A stretch of 64,000 bases of DNA, taken from the IMG/VR virus record IMGVR_UViG_3300037483_000443, positions 32,001 to 96,000 of that record; one strand, written 5' to 3'. The position numbers and the translations under genes were made by a program. Origin of the DNA: a virus. The notes under the pieces are model-generated. The model had not been told where the DNA came from. It searched no databases and saw only the letters and a program-made list of their open reading frames with translations. Within the stretch, counting starts at the first letter, position 1, and each line of letters starts with the position of its first letter. This document shows positions 12,496 through 21,192 of the stretch, one piece after another.

Positions 12496-13071
12496 ATGAG
12501 AGAAAAATTTGAAATTGAAGTTGAGGGACGAGTACAGATCTTTGATCATGAAACAAGAGAACTTTTGCGTGATACTAAGAACGCTGTTCATCCACAGAAT
12601 ATGGCGATGATGATCGCGAAAGCTATCTCTCGCGATACTGCAACATCCCCAGGCATTCTTCAGTTGTGCTTTGGAAATGGTGGAACTTTCTTTAACTCAA
12701 GCAATCAAATAGTGTTTCGCCCGCCAAATACCGTTGGTGTGTCTGCTCTATACAATCAAACTTACTCTGTTCAAGTTGATGATCAGGTTACCGGCACCCC
12801 GTCAACTAATTCTGTCATTTATTCAGCTTCTCCTAGTCCAGCTATCACTTCAATCGTGACCGTAACGGCTCAATTGAATGCTAATGAGCCGGCTGGACAG
12901 GCAGTAACTGACAACGTCACTACAAATCCTAACTCTCTGTTTACATTTGATGAGATTGGATTAAAAGCTGCAGATGGTTCTTTGTTGACGCACTTAGTGT
13001 TTTCACCATTTGAAAAAACTGCTAACCGCGCTTTTCTCATCATCTATACCTTGACGATCAGCGTTTCTTAA
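12496..13071 (+). CDS. Baseplate/tail structural protein
   Basis: KNAVHPQNM..FGNGGT..FDEIGL..THLVFSPFEKTANR..IIYTL pattern of conserved jumbo-phage baseplate proteins; TAAATA upstream. Confidence 0.7.
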   Translation: MREKFEIEVEGRVQIFDHETRELLRDTKNAVHPQNMAMMIAKAISRDTATSPGILQLCFGNGGTFFNSSNQIVFRPPNTVGVSALYNQTYSVQVDDQVTGTPSTNSVIYSASPSPAITSIVTVTAQLNANEPAGQAVTDNVTTNPNSLFTFDEIGLKAADGSLLTHLVFSPFEKTANRAFLIIYTLTISVS

Positions 13072-13088
13072 ATTTTGGGATGAAATAA

Positions 13089-13307
13089 ATGGATGAATTT
13101 TCAACAACCGACATCGTACTAGCAGCCTATCTAAAAGTGCAAGGCTACAAGCTGATAGAAATTCTTAAGAATGGAAACAAGGGAACTTTTGTGTTTGCTG
13201 GTGTTCACGAGGAGATCGTCAATGAATATGATCTTGGACAAGCCAGAGTTGAACCTAAAGCTCTCAACTACGAGATAAAATCTTTGACGACTGCAGCTCG
13301 TAGATAA
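13089..13307 (+). CDS. Small DUF5659-like protein
   Basis: TTDIVLAAYLKVQGYKL..GTFVF pattern. Confidence 0.55.
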   Translation: MDEFSTTDIVLAAYLKVQGYKLIEILKNGNKGTFVFAGVHEEIVNEYDLGQARVEPKALNYEIKSLTTAARR

Positions 13308-13316
13308 GGAAACCTG

Positions 13317-14624
13317 ATGACCTACATTTTGACATGGAGTGATTCTTCACTGAAGCCAACCCCGATCACGTTAGCAAACAACGTGATCAGTTCAAACGCG
13401 CTTTCTATCACGTTAACAGGAAAGGGAGCTGTTAACTGGGGATTTCCTCTTCAAGAAGATTTGATGCACATGTTAGAAAACTTTGCATCAAACGGCACTG
13501 CACCACAGTATGCAACTCTCGGTCAGCTGTGGTATAATGCTGCAACAAAGCATCTAAACATCAACACAGCTGTTGGTTGGGCCGAGCTTGCATATCGTCG
13601 CGTTGATTCTTCTTCTCCCCCATCTCCCCCGTCTTATTCTGGAGATACGTGGTTTGACACTACAAATCACTTCTTTAACGTATATGATTCAGCTGGAGCT
13701 GGTTCTTGGAATCGCTTGGCCTTTACTACTCAAGTTCAAGGAAACTATTCAGTAGAACAACCTGGAAGCATAGCGAATGCTTACATCGTTGTGCTAAACC
13801 CAACGATCGCTTCATATGCCAATAACTTTACCGGATCGTTCAAGGTAAGTCACGCAAATACCGGTGCATGTACTATCAATGTTGGAGGTGGAGCTGTTCC
13901 ACTAAGAAACCCCAATGGAGGAGCGTTAGTTAACGGTGATCTTCTAGCTGGACAGATAGTTTCTTATGTTTATGTGCTCAATGACAATGCAGCCTACGTC
14001 GTTTCGGTTACTCAAAGTCAAACTGATACCCGATATGCAAAGTTGGCTGGTCTCAGCACTCAAACTTTCAACGTTGCTACAGCAACGGTTGGAACCCACG
14101 CGATCAATCTTACTCAGGCAAATTCTCTTTATGCTCCGATCATCGCTAACAGCAATTTAGTTCCTGTTGGAACTGTGATCGATTTTGCCGGGCCTAATGC
14201 ACCAGATACAACTTATCTTGTGTGCCCTGCTTCTGCTGGGTCTGTTTCACCCCCTCAGTTGTTACAAATCTCTCAATATCCAGATTTATTTGCGGCGTTA
14301 GGGTACACTTATGGTGGTGTCGCTGGACAAACTTTTGGAATTCCTTGGTTTCCGACTGGTTTTCCATCTATCGCTGCAAACGCTGGTGGAGGCGCACCTG
14401 TAGGATCATCTTCTCACGGAATGCTGATGGAACACCACCACACTTACGGTTGGAGAGCATCTTTAGCAGCCCAATCTGGATCATCAACTCCATGTTGGGT
14501 CGGTGATTCTACACAAAATACTTCAGGATACATTGATGCACACGGCCGAGTGGGTACTAGTCAAGTTGACAATATGCCGGCAGGCATGTATATGTTGAAG
14601 TGTATTAAAGCAAAGAAAGTGTAA
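13317..14624 (+). CDS. Tail fibre with tail-collar domain
   Basis: N-terminal GKG..NWG..LENFA..GQLWYN; C-terminal PVGTVIDFAG..YPDLFAALGYTYGG..TFGIP collar motif. Confidence 0.8.
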   Translation: MTYILTWSDSSLKPTPITLANNVISSNALSITLTGKGAVNWGFPLQEDLMHMLENFASNGTAPQYATLGQLWYNAATKHLNINTAVGWAELAYRRVDSSSPPSPPSYSGDTWFDTTNHFFNVYDSAGAGSWNRLAFTTQVQGNYSVEQPGSIANAYIVVLNPTIASYANNFTGSFKVSHANTGACTINVGGGAVPLRNPNGGALVNGDLLAGQIVSYVYVLNDNAAYVVSVTQSQTDTRYAKLAGLSTQTFNVATATVGTHAINLTQANSLYAPIIANSNLVPVGTVIDFAGPNAPDTTYLVCPASAGSVSPPQLLQISQYPDLFAALGYTYGGVAGQTFGIPWFPTGFPSIAANAGGGAPVGSSSHGMLMEHHHTYGWRASLAAQSGSSTPCWVGDSTQNTSGYIDAHGRVGTSQVDNMPAGMYMLKCIKAKKV

Positions 14625-14633
14625 AGGAAGATA

Positions 14634-16802
14634 ATGGCTGACTATATCTTACGGTGGTCAAGTACTCAAATAGTTACAGGCTTGTTTGATCCAGGTACCC
14701 AATACATCATTACGACTTCTGGCAATACCGATTTCACTTCTTTTGGGTCTGTGAACAACAATGTTGGCACTACCTTCATAGCAAACAACAATACGATCAC
14801 TCCAACGTCATTGATCATTGGAAAAGCTTATAAGATCTTGACGTTGGGTTCTACCGTTTTTTCTACTGTGGGTGCACTGCTTACTAATGCTGGTAACTTC
14901 ATTAGTGGAAATACGTACATCATCTCTACCGTCGGTACTACAAATTTTACATTGATCGGGGCCTCCAGCAATACTGTTGGAACTATCTTTACTGCATCCT
15001 TCGTTGGAACTGACCCTACTGCTGGGACTACAGGATCTGCGTTTGGCCAACAATTTGTTGCTTCTGCGGTTGGAACTGGAACTGGTACCGTAACTGGAAA
15101 TTGTGGTTCTGGAACTGCAACCACAGCATTTAAACCTTCACTTACAGTTTCTGAAACTGCGATAGATTCAACTTCGACATCTTTATCTCTTTCAGGGCGT
15201 GGATCTGTAGATTGGGGTAGATTGATCCAGGAAAACATGCTGCGGGTAACGGAAAATTTTGCTGATAAGATAGAACCGCTAGCACCAACAATCGGACAGA
15301 CTTGGTACAACTCTCTCGGCGGCAACTTGAATCTATATTCACAGAATTCTGTTGCTGCTGGATCTTTCGTGATAGGTCAAACATACACGATTTCTAGTGT
15401 CGGAACTACTGATTTTACTCTAATCGGTGCTGTAGGTAATAGCATTGGGATGACTTTTGTTGCAACTGGTGTAGGATCTGGAACAGGTACTGCGATGTCT
15501 TCTTCACCGACTTGGAAGGAAGTTCCAACGGTGAATCATGCGAGCCTGGTCGCTGCTTTGATGTTTCCAAAGCCGGAGTGGCCGGTGTTCCCTTGCTACG
15601 AGGTAGGAGCAGAAACGACAAGGATAGTTAATGGAAGTACGATTGAAACATTCGTATTCAATGGCGTGAATTTGTCCTATGGTGAGATGACCGATACGAG
15701 ATGTACTAGCGTTGGTGCTCTAGCTGCTACAGATGATGCTGATGCAAGATTTGGATATGTTTTCAAAGTGGGAAGTATCTATTATCAGACATACCAACGT
15801 GCCGCGGATGGCCAAATAGGGTTGAAGAAGAGCATAAACAAGCTCAACTGGACAGTAATAAATGGTGGTAATCCCGTACTATCTGGTGGTGCGATTGGAT
15901 CAATTTATTACCATACGTGGAATACAGGCGTCTATGTCTCTGGTGATACGTGGCATTTGTGGGTTGAATGTGGAGCTGCTGGAGACCAATCTGACGTTGG
16001 GATTGCTTATTCGTATGGAACGTTTTCCGGGGATGTAATCAATTTTGATACCCACAGAACGGCATCGCATGTTATAAGAGGAGGTGGTCAGCCTAATCCT
16101 GTACTTATTGATAACTACTTAGTTATGCTGCATGGCTCTATCAACGTCCAAGACCGTACGTTATGGGAGATTCGCGCAGCAACTGTACTTGTTACTTCAA
16201 ATTGGGCATTACCAGAAAGCTATACAGAGTCGCCATATTTCCAGGTCAAATATCAAGGTATGCATACAGCTGATCCGGACTTTGTGGATTTCGGCACCAC
16301 GAAATCACACAGATTGGGAATCGGTTTCATGTACAACCAAAATAGGTCAGACCTCCTTTACCTTGATATGACGCCTGCTCAGTTCTTGGATGCCTTGTTA
16401 AATGGTTACCGAGGAGGGTTTGGTAGATACCCAAAGTTCAGCGAAACACTTTCGCTCGCATGTGGAAGCGGCAGTGTAACGATGAATACTGGATTTAGTT
16501 ACTTCTATTGGCAGATCGTAGGCAACGTTCTGGAGTTCCAATTCTCGTTCGTTGTAGGAACTACAAGCATTCCTGGAGGCAGACTTAGTGTAACCCTACC
16601 TTTTTCAATTTTCCCGACAAAGCCAATGAGCGGAGTTTGCCATGCCTACAACATAGTCGGAGTTCTTGGAGTTTACGAATACGAAATATCAGGGTCAACG
16701 ATGTACATAGACCGATTTGAGGCAGGTGTACAGAATCTAGACGCAGCTGCTCAACTCGTTCCTGATTCTACGTTGAAGGGTTTCGGAATAATAATCTTCT
16801 GA
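14634..16802 (+). CDS. Tail fibre/receptor-binding protein with 4 module copies and a beta-propeller glycoside-hydrolase-like C-terminal region
   Basis: N-terminus paralogous to 13317 ORF; GLKKSINKLNWTVINGGNPVL and HTADPDFV resemble GH32/43-type propeller blades. Confidence 0.65.
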   Translation: MADYILRWSSTQIVTGLFDPGTQYIITTSGNTDFTSFGSVNNNVGTTFIANNNTITPTSLIIGKAYKILTLGSTVFSTVGALLTNAGNFISGNTYIISTVGTTNFTLIGASSNTVGTIFTASFVGTDPTAGTTGSAFGQQFVASAVGTGTGTVTGNCGSGTATTAFKPSLTVSETAIDSTSTSLSLSGRGSVDWGRLIQENMLRVTENFADKIEPLAPTIGQTWYNSLGGNLNLYSQNSVAAGSFVIGQTYTISSVGTTDFTLIGAVGNSIGMTFVATGVGSGTGTAMSSSPTWKEVPTVNHASLVAALMFPKPEWPVFPCYEVGAETTRIVNGSTIETFVFNGVNLSYGEMTDTRCTSVGALAATDDADARFGYVFKVGSIYYQTYQRAADGQIGLKKSINKLNWTVINGGNPVLSGGAIGSIYYHTWNTGVYVSGDTWHLWVECGAAGDQSDVGIAYSYGTFSGDVINFDTHRTASHVIRGGGQPNPVLIDNYLVMLHGSINVQDRTLWEIRAATVLVTSNWALPESYTESPYFQVKYQGMHTADPDFVDFGTTKSHRLGIGFMYNQNRSDLLYLDMTPAQFLDALLNGYRGGFGRYPKFSETLSLACGSGSVTMNTGFSYFYWQIVGNVLEFQFSFVVGTTSIPGGRLSVTLPFSIFPTKPMSGVCHAYNIVGVLGVYEYEISGSTMYIDRFEAGVQNLDAAAQLVPDSTLKGFGIIIF

Positions 16803-16887
16803 CGAGGTCATGGACAGGTAGTGTATCTGGCATATTATGTTCAGTTGGCCGGCATTGGCGGTATTTAATCTTTTGTAAAGGGTAACT

Positions 16888-17241
16888 ATGTTTGATCAAA
16901 TTTCACTTATCTTTGCAGACATGACAGCTACAATGGCGGGAAAGGTATTCTCTCTACTGTTGATCGCTGTCGTGCTAATTCTTTTTCTGTTGGCTCATAG
17001 AGATCCAAGTAGTAAGATTGACTTGAGCGATCTGTTCGTAGATCAATCTGGAAAAATTGGCGGAAGTCAGATGAGATTGAATCTTGCATTCGCTCTCAGC
17101 TCTTGGGTCATCATCTTCTCGACTCTGAACGGCAACCTTTCCGAGTGGTTGTTCTCTGCTTACATTGCAGCTTTCGTGTATGATCGCATCGCATCACGGA
17201 AATCTAGCGGAACGAAGCCCTCAGTAGATGAATCTCAGTAA
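16888..17241 (+). CDS. Membrane protein, possible holin
   Basis: 117 aa with about 3 hydrophobic segments and a charged tail, at end of tail operon. Confidence 0.45.
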   Translation: MFDQISLIFADMTATMAGKVFSLLLIAVVLILFLLAHRDPSSKIDLSDLFVDQSGKIGGSQMRLNLAFALSSWVIIFSTLNGNLSEWLFSAYIAAFVYDRIASRKSSGTKPSVDESQ

Positions 17242-17277
17242 GATCTTACTAGTTAAAAGAACTACTACTTAAAGAAA

Positions 17278-17302
17278 AAGGGAGATGAATTTCATCTCCC
17301 TT
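17278..17302. terminator. Intrinsic terminator between convergent gene blocks
   Basis: AAGGGAGATGAA-T-TTCATCTCCCTT inverted repeat with A-run on the left. Confidence 0.75.
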
Positions 17303-17330
17303 GCTATTTGCGCTCAAGTTATTGGGAACA

Positions 17331-17954
17331 TCAAACGATGTCTGAAAACCACGTCCTAAAGTCGCCCTTGAACTTTTCAGGATCATACAACCAGAATCCT
17401 TCACCACAGATGTGGAATCTTACGCATTGAAGTTCTCCAACGAGAATCGGAGTAGTGAGAGAGATGAAACGTTCACATGAAGGATATACGATTAACGTCC
17501 CCTTCTGTGGTTGGAAACCAAAGTTGTAGACTGGAAATTCTAACTTCCCACCGAGAACTTGAGTTTGTATGTTGAACGGTGGAGATTCTTGATAATCTTT
17601 CAGCCAAAGAATACCAGTAAGATCACGATCTTTAACACGCAGCCACTTCTTCCTCTTGAATACTGCATTTTCACAGTGAGGTTCTTCTGCATTTTGGTTA
17701 GAGACTGGAAATTGTTGGAACACTAGGTGCTCAGTACCTCGATACTTTACCCCAAAGTGTTCTTCAATTTCTGGGATTAGATGTTGAAACTTGTCAAAGA
17801 TTTCAAGTTCGGCTTCTTCATGAAACCGATTGACAGGTTGAAGAACCCCCTCGTCATTCTTTAAGAGCTCAACTCTGACTGTCTGTGCAAGTTGATCACA
17901 ATCTGTTGAGCTAAGAAAATTCTGGTAAACTAAAAATGGGGATTTGATTGTCAT
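17331..17954 (-). CDS. 2OG-Fe(II) oxygenase-fold (prolyl-4-hydroxylase-like) protein
   Basis: NFLS..C, PHCEN, RDLTGILWL, GGKLEFP, PQKGTLIVYPS. Confidence 0.7.
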   Translation of the reverse strand: MTIKSPFLVYQNFLSSTDCDQLAQTVRVELLKNDEGVLQPVNRFHEEAELEIFDKFQHLIPEIEEHFGVKYRGTEHLVFQQFPVSNQNAEEPHCENAVFKRKKWLRVKDRDLTGILWLKDYQESPPFNIQTQVLGGKLEFPVYNFGFQPQKGTLIVYPSCERFISLTTPILVGELQCVRFHICGEGFWLYDPEKFKGDFRTWFSDIV

Positions 17955-17991
17955 ATAGTGTTTAGTGTTAAGTTAATGCAACTGCATCTAT

Positions 17992-19461
17992 TTACTCTTC
18001 TTCCTCATACTCTTCGACATCACTTTCCGGAGCATCGTGCTGAACTTTGTCATCGTCGGTATGAACGATAACTGGAAGACCTAGAGCTTGGAGAGCATTG
18101 CGACCGATGAGTACTTCATACTTCATGTTAGAGCGATCGTTGAGCGTAAACTCAATTTGATTGAGGCGAGTGTTACGCATGACAAGATCGAGACGAACGA
18201 CTGGACGACGTGGAGCTTCACCGTTCACCGTCATCGCGTTTCGGATCTTCACTGTCTTAAAGACAGGTACTTGGTATGTCACGTCACCACGAGTAAAGCG
18301 GACAGTGTTCTCGAGCATCTCAACGTGGTCGACGTGTAAGGAGCAGAACTTTGCACCGGTGTCGATGCGAGCTTCCACGTCACTGGTAATGCGATTGATT
18401 GCGACGATCTCGGTCTCGCCGATTGTGTCTTGAGTAGGTGCAGGAACTTGAGGAGGAGCTTCGTCCTTAACCTGATCTTCGACGTCTTCCGGTGGAACTT
18501 CAGCTGATTCAGTACCCATAATGTACTCAATGACGGTCTTCGGGAGATTCTTGTCAGGCCAATTCTTCTGAATTGCTTCAAGACCAGGAGAACCGTTGAC
18601 TTCCAAGACGATGATCTTTTTATCTTCCGTGATCAGGTAGTCGATCGCACAGAAGTTACAGCCAAAGAGCTCTACGATCTGTCGAGCCACGTTCAGCTCA
18701 TCGTCTGATGGTTTGTAGATCTCAGTTTCAGAGCCTAGGTGAGAGTTGGTGCGAAACTCGTCTTTCTCTTTCGGTTGACCACGAAGGTTTGCTGCGAGCA
18801 TCTCGGTACCGATCATGATGATTCGTGCTGAACGCTCATGTTTGCAGAACTCTTGCAGCATGAAGTCAAGGCCTTCCTTGGCAAGCAACTGACAAACAGA
18901 GACGAGAGATGATCGGCTGTCTACCTTCATGACCCCGATGCCGTGAGTACCTCGTAGTGTCTTGATGACGAACGGGTACTTAATCTTCTTTTCTTCTTCA
19001 AGCTTAGCAACGACAGTCTCGATCTCGTCAAGACCTTGAATCATCACGCTGTAGGGTGACTTGATTCCTGCCGAGTTCAGAACGATCTGAGTCATCAGCT
19101 TATCATTGCACAGCTCCATTGACTCTGGAGAGTTCAACAATTTTGCGCCCTGTTTTTCGAGACGCTTCAAGATGCCGATCTTTACTAGCATGTTGTACTC
19201 GTTCAATCGAGGAATGACAGCTGTCTCGGTGTCAACCTTGACTTCGGTAAGAGTACCCTTTTCAACGTCTACGGAATAGACTGCGCTCTTCAGCTTGAAG
19301 TTTTCAGGTGAGTCACCTTCAAGTTCTTCACAGAGAACGGTCTTAGAGATGTCGAGGATCTCTGCTTTGAGACCTAGTTTCTCTGCTTCTTTTTGAAGTT
19401 CTACTGGTACAAAGTTAGAAGGTTCTGCTGTTACAAGCAGCACTTTTTTGATGGTCATCAC
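17992..19461 (-). CDS. rimK: RimK-family ATP-grasp ligase fused to a C-terminal retropepsin-like (RimB-type) protease
   Basis: CNDK, YPFVIKTLRGTHGIGV, LQEF, FRTNSHLG, LEVNGSPGL; C-terminal ARIDTGA..RRPVV..FTLNDRSNMKYEVLIGRNAL. Confidence 0.88.
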   Translation of the reverse strand: MMTIKKVLLVTAEPSNFVPVELQKEAEKLGLKAEILDISKTVLCEELEGDSPENFKLKSAVYSVDVEKGTLTEVKVDTETAVIPRLNEYNMLVKIGILKRLEKQGAKLLNSPESMELCNDKLMTQIVLNSAGIKSPYSVMIQGLDEIETVVAKLEEEKKIKYPFVIKTLRGTHGIGVMKVDSRSSLVSVCQLLAKEGLDFMLQEFCKHERSARIIMIGTEMLAANLRGQPKEKDEFRTNSHLGSETEIYKPSDDELNVARQIVELFGCNFCAIDYLITEDKKIIVLEVNGSPGLEAIQKNWPDKNLPKTVIEYIMGTESAEVPPEDVEDQVKDEAPPQVPAPTQDTIGETEIVAINRITSDVEARIDTGAKFCSLHVDHVEMLENTVRFTRGDVTYQVPVFKTVKIRNAMTVNGEAPRRPVVRLDLVMRNTRLNQIEFTLNDRSNMKYEVLIGRNALQALGLPVIVHTDDDKVQHDAPESDVEEYEEEE

Positions 19462-19466
19462 GTATC

Positions 19467-19667
19467 CTATTCGTAATCAAATTCACCGTTGAAAACGATG
19501 ACTACTTCTACACCTTTAACGGGGTGATCAAGCTCAACAACATAGTATCGACGTTCGCTATGTGCTTCTTTACTAAAGACGATCTTTCCAATTTGACCAG
19601 TAAAATCACCTTCTTGAATCTTAATTTTCTTACTGTAACCTTCGTCTAGGAATTTCTTAAAGCTCAT
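19467..19667 (-). CDS. Small KOW/SH3-like protein, putative head-internal protein
   Basis: Start MSFKKFLDEG overlaps upstream stop; KIQEGDFTGQIGKIV KOW-like. Confidence 0.5.
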   Translation of the reverse strand: MSFKKFLDEGYSKKIKIQEGDFTGQIGKIVFSKEAHSERRYYVVELDHPVKGVEVVIVFNGEFDYE

Positions 19668-20506
19668 AATGACCCTCGTTTGTGTAAATTTATGTAAGCT
19701 GTACGCTTTATCAAAAGTGCCGGGAAATCTATCCACACTTCATGGTCTCCGGTACCGCGTGAGAATGATTCAATGCGAACAGAGTGGAATCCGTTGGCTT
19801 CAGGCTCAAGTTTCTCAGCCAGATATCTTTCAGTTGAAGAGATGTGACGAGACAGCAGATCTTTGATGATCTTGGCATCTTCATTTGAGATACTCTCACC
19901 GATCGAGAGGTTCTTCTCAAGCTTATGACGATCTTCACCGATGATCTTGTCGATCTGCTTCAAAGCTGTCCTGAACTCACCGAAGGTTTTCGGCTTATAC
20001 TTCTTGATCTTCGTATCGGTCAACTGAGCAAAACTGTTCTGGACGGTGTCTAGCCAGTCAGTGAAAGTCTTATTATCAACCCGATCAAATCCGAGATTCT
20101 TGTGAAGGCCCTTGAAGCTGCGGTAGAATGAAGCACCCGGAGCTACACCTACTCGTGTTCCGTCAAGAGGGATCAGAACGTAGACATCATCTCCACCAAA
20201 GGTGCGATCAAAGTTAGTATAAGCCTTGATGAAACGAGAGCGACTAGGCATCCGGTTCCAAGACGGCATCTCCTTGATGAGCTTGTCAACCCAGAACTTA
20301 GAGCGTTCTTCCTTGGCTGCCGGGGTGACCAACATCATATCTGGACCGGTGTCTTGCCTGAAGAAGGGAGTGTGTTGCGCGATCAAGTGCGCATTCTTCG
20401 CCTTCTCTCTCAGCAGCTCTAGGAACTTACCTTCTGTAAGTTCACGGCGATGCTCTGCATCTGTAGGATCACCCTCGTTGAGGAAATGTTTGAAGTTTAA
20501 GTTCAT
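19664..20506 (-). CDS. Hypothetical protein, putative head-internal protein
   Basis: MNLNFKHFLNEG N-terminus; TAAATA promoter at 20512-20517. Confidence 0.55.
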   Translation of the reverse strand: MNLNFKHFLNEGDPTDAEHRRELTEGKFLELLREKAKNAHLIAQHTPFFRQDTGPDMMLVTPAAKEERSKFWVDKLIKEMPSWNRMPSRSRFIKAYTNFDRTFGGDDVYVLIPLDGTRVGVAPGASFYRSFKGLHKNLGFDRVDNKTFTDWLDTVQNSFAQLTDTKIKKYKPKTFGEFRTALKQIDKIIGEDRHKLEKNLSIGESISNEDAKIIKDLLSRHISSTERYLAEKLEPEANGFHSVRIESFSRGTGDHEVWIDFPALLIKRTAYINLHKRGSL

Positions 20507-20514
20507 CTACCTAT

Positions 20515-21192
20515 TTACAGCTTTGCGTAAAATTGGGTGACACGATTGAAAAGCTGTTCAACTAGATCTTCGGTGATAGTTTTCTTGAAAACAAGCGGCA
20601 GTTTGTTCTCGACTCCCATGAGAATGACCATCTTTTCAATGTTAGTACCAAACATCTCATTGTGCATGATCGCGTAAGCTGCACATTGTACCCAATAGTC
20701 ACCTATCTCATCAGCTGACTTGATCCTACTAGAAGTCTTGTAGTCAACAATCGCGATCTCTCCTTGATACTCGGCGATCAAGTCACAACGCCCTGCAACC
20801 CCCAGGGTATCAGAGTACAGAACGACTTCTTGACCGAATACTTTGTTGACCTTGTTAACTTCTAATCGAAGACTTTTAAACAGACGAGTGTGTGCTTCTG
20901 GAAAAGATTCTAGCTGAGGATCTTCATTGCGGAGATAGCGCTCCAACATTAAGTGAGTGTTGGTACCACGATCACATGCATCTTTTGAGATCTGGTCAGC
21001 TTTCTTGTTACCAACCCGAGCTCTCCAGTTTGCTAGAACATCTCTCTTCTCAGACTCAAGAGTGTTACCCAGAACAGTCGTGATGCTGGGGAACATCTTT
21101 TCATCCGAGATGCAGTAGACTCTACCGACACCTTGTAGGTTGGTAGTCTCGCAATCGAGATACTGAAAGGTGTCGAGAGCTAATTCAGTCAT
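20515..21192 (-). CDS. PD-(D/E)XK exonuclease
   Basis: PSITTVL, RGTNTH, EVVLYS..AGRCDLI..IVDYKTS, QCAAYA. Confidence 0.85.
   Translation of the reverse strand: MTELALDTFQYLDCETTNLQGVGRVYCISDEKMFPSITTVLGNTLESEKRDVLANWRARVGNKKADQISKDACDRGTNTHLMLERYLRNEDPQLESFPEAHTRLFKSLRLEVNKVNKVFGQEVVLYSDTLGVAGRCDLIAEYQGEIAIVDYKTSSRIKSADEIGDYWVQCAAYAIMHNEMFGTNIEKMVILMGVENKLPLVFKKTITEDLVEQLFNRVTQFYAKL

Noticed and set aside
1322-15621. Antisense ORFs over structural genes (e.g. 2777-3088, 6760-7056, 14828-15325)
   Set aside because: Shadow frames of T/G/A-rich coding sequence without SD or motifs.
1128-16802. Diversity-generating retroelement behind the repeated module
   Set aside because: No reverse transcriptase in the window; copies differ at all bases rather than only at adenines.
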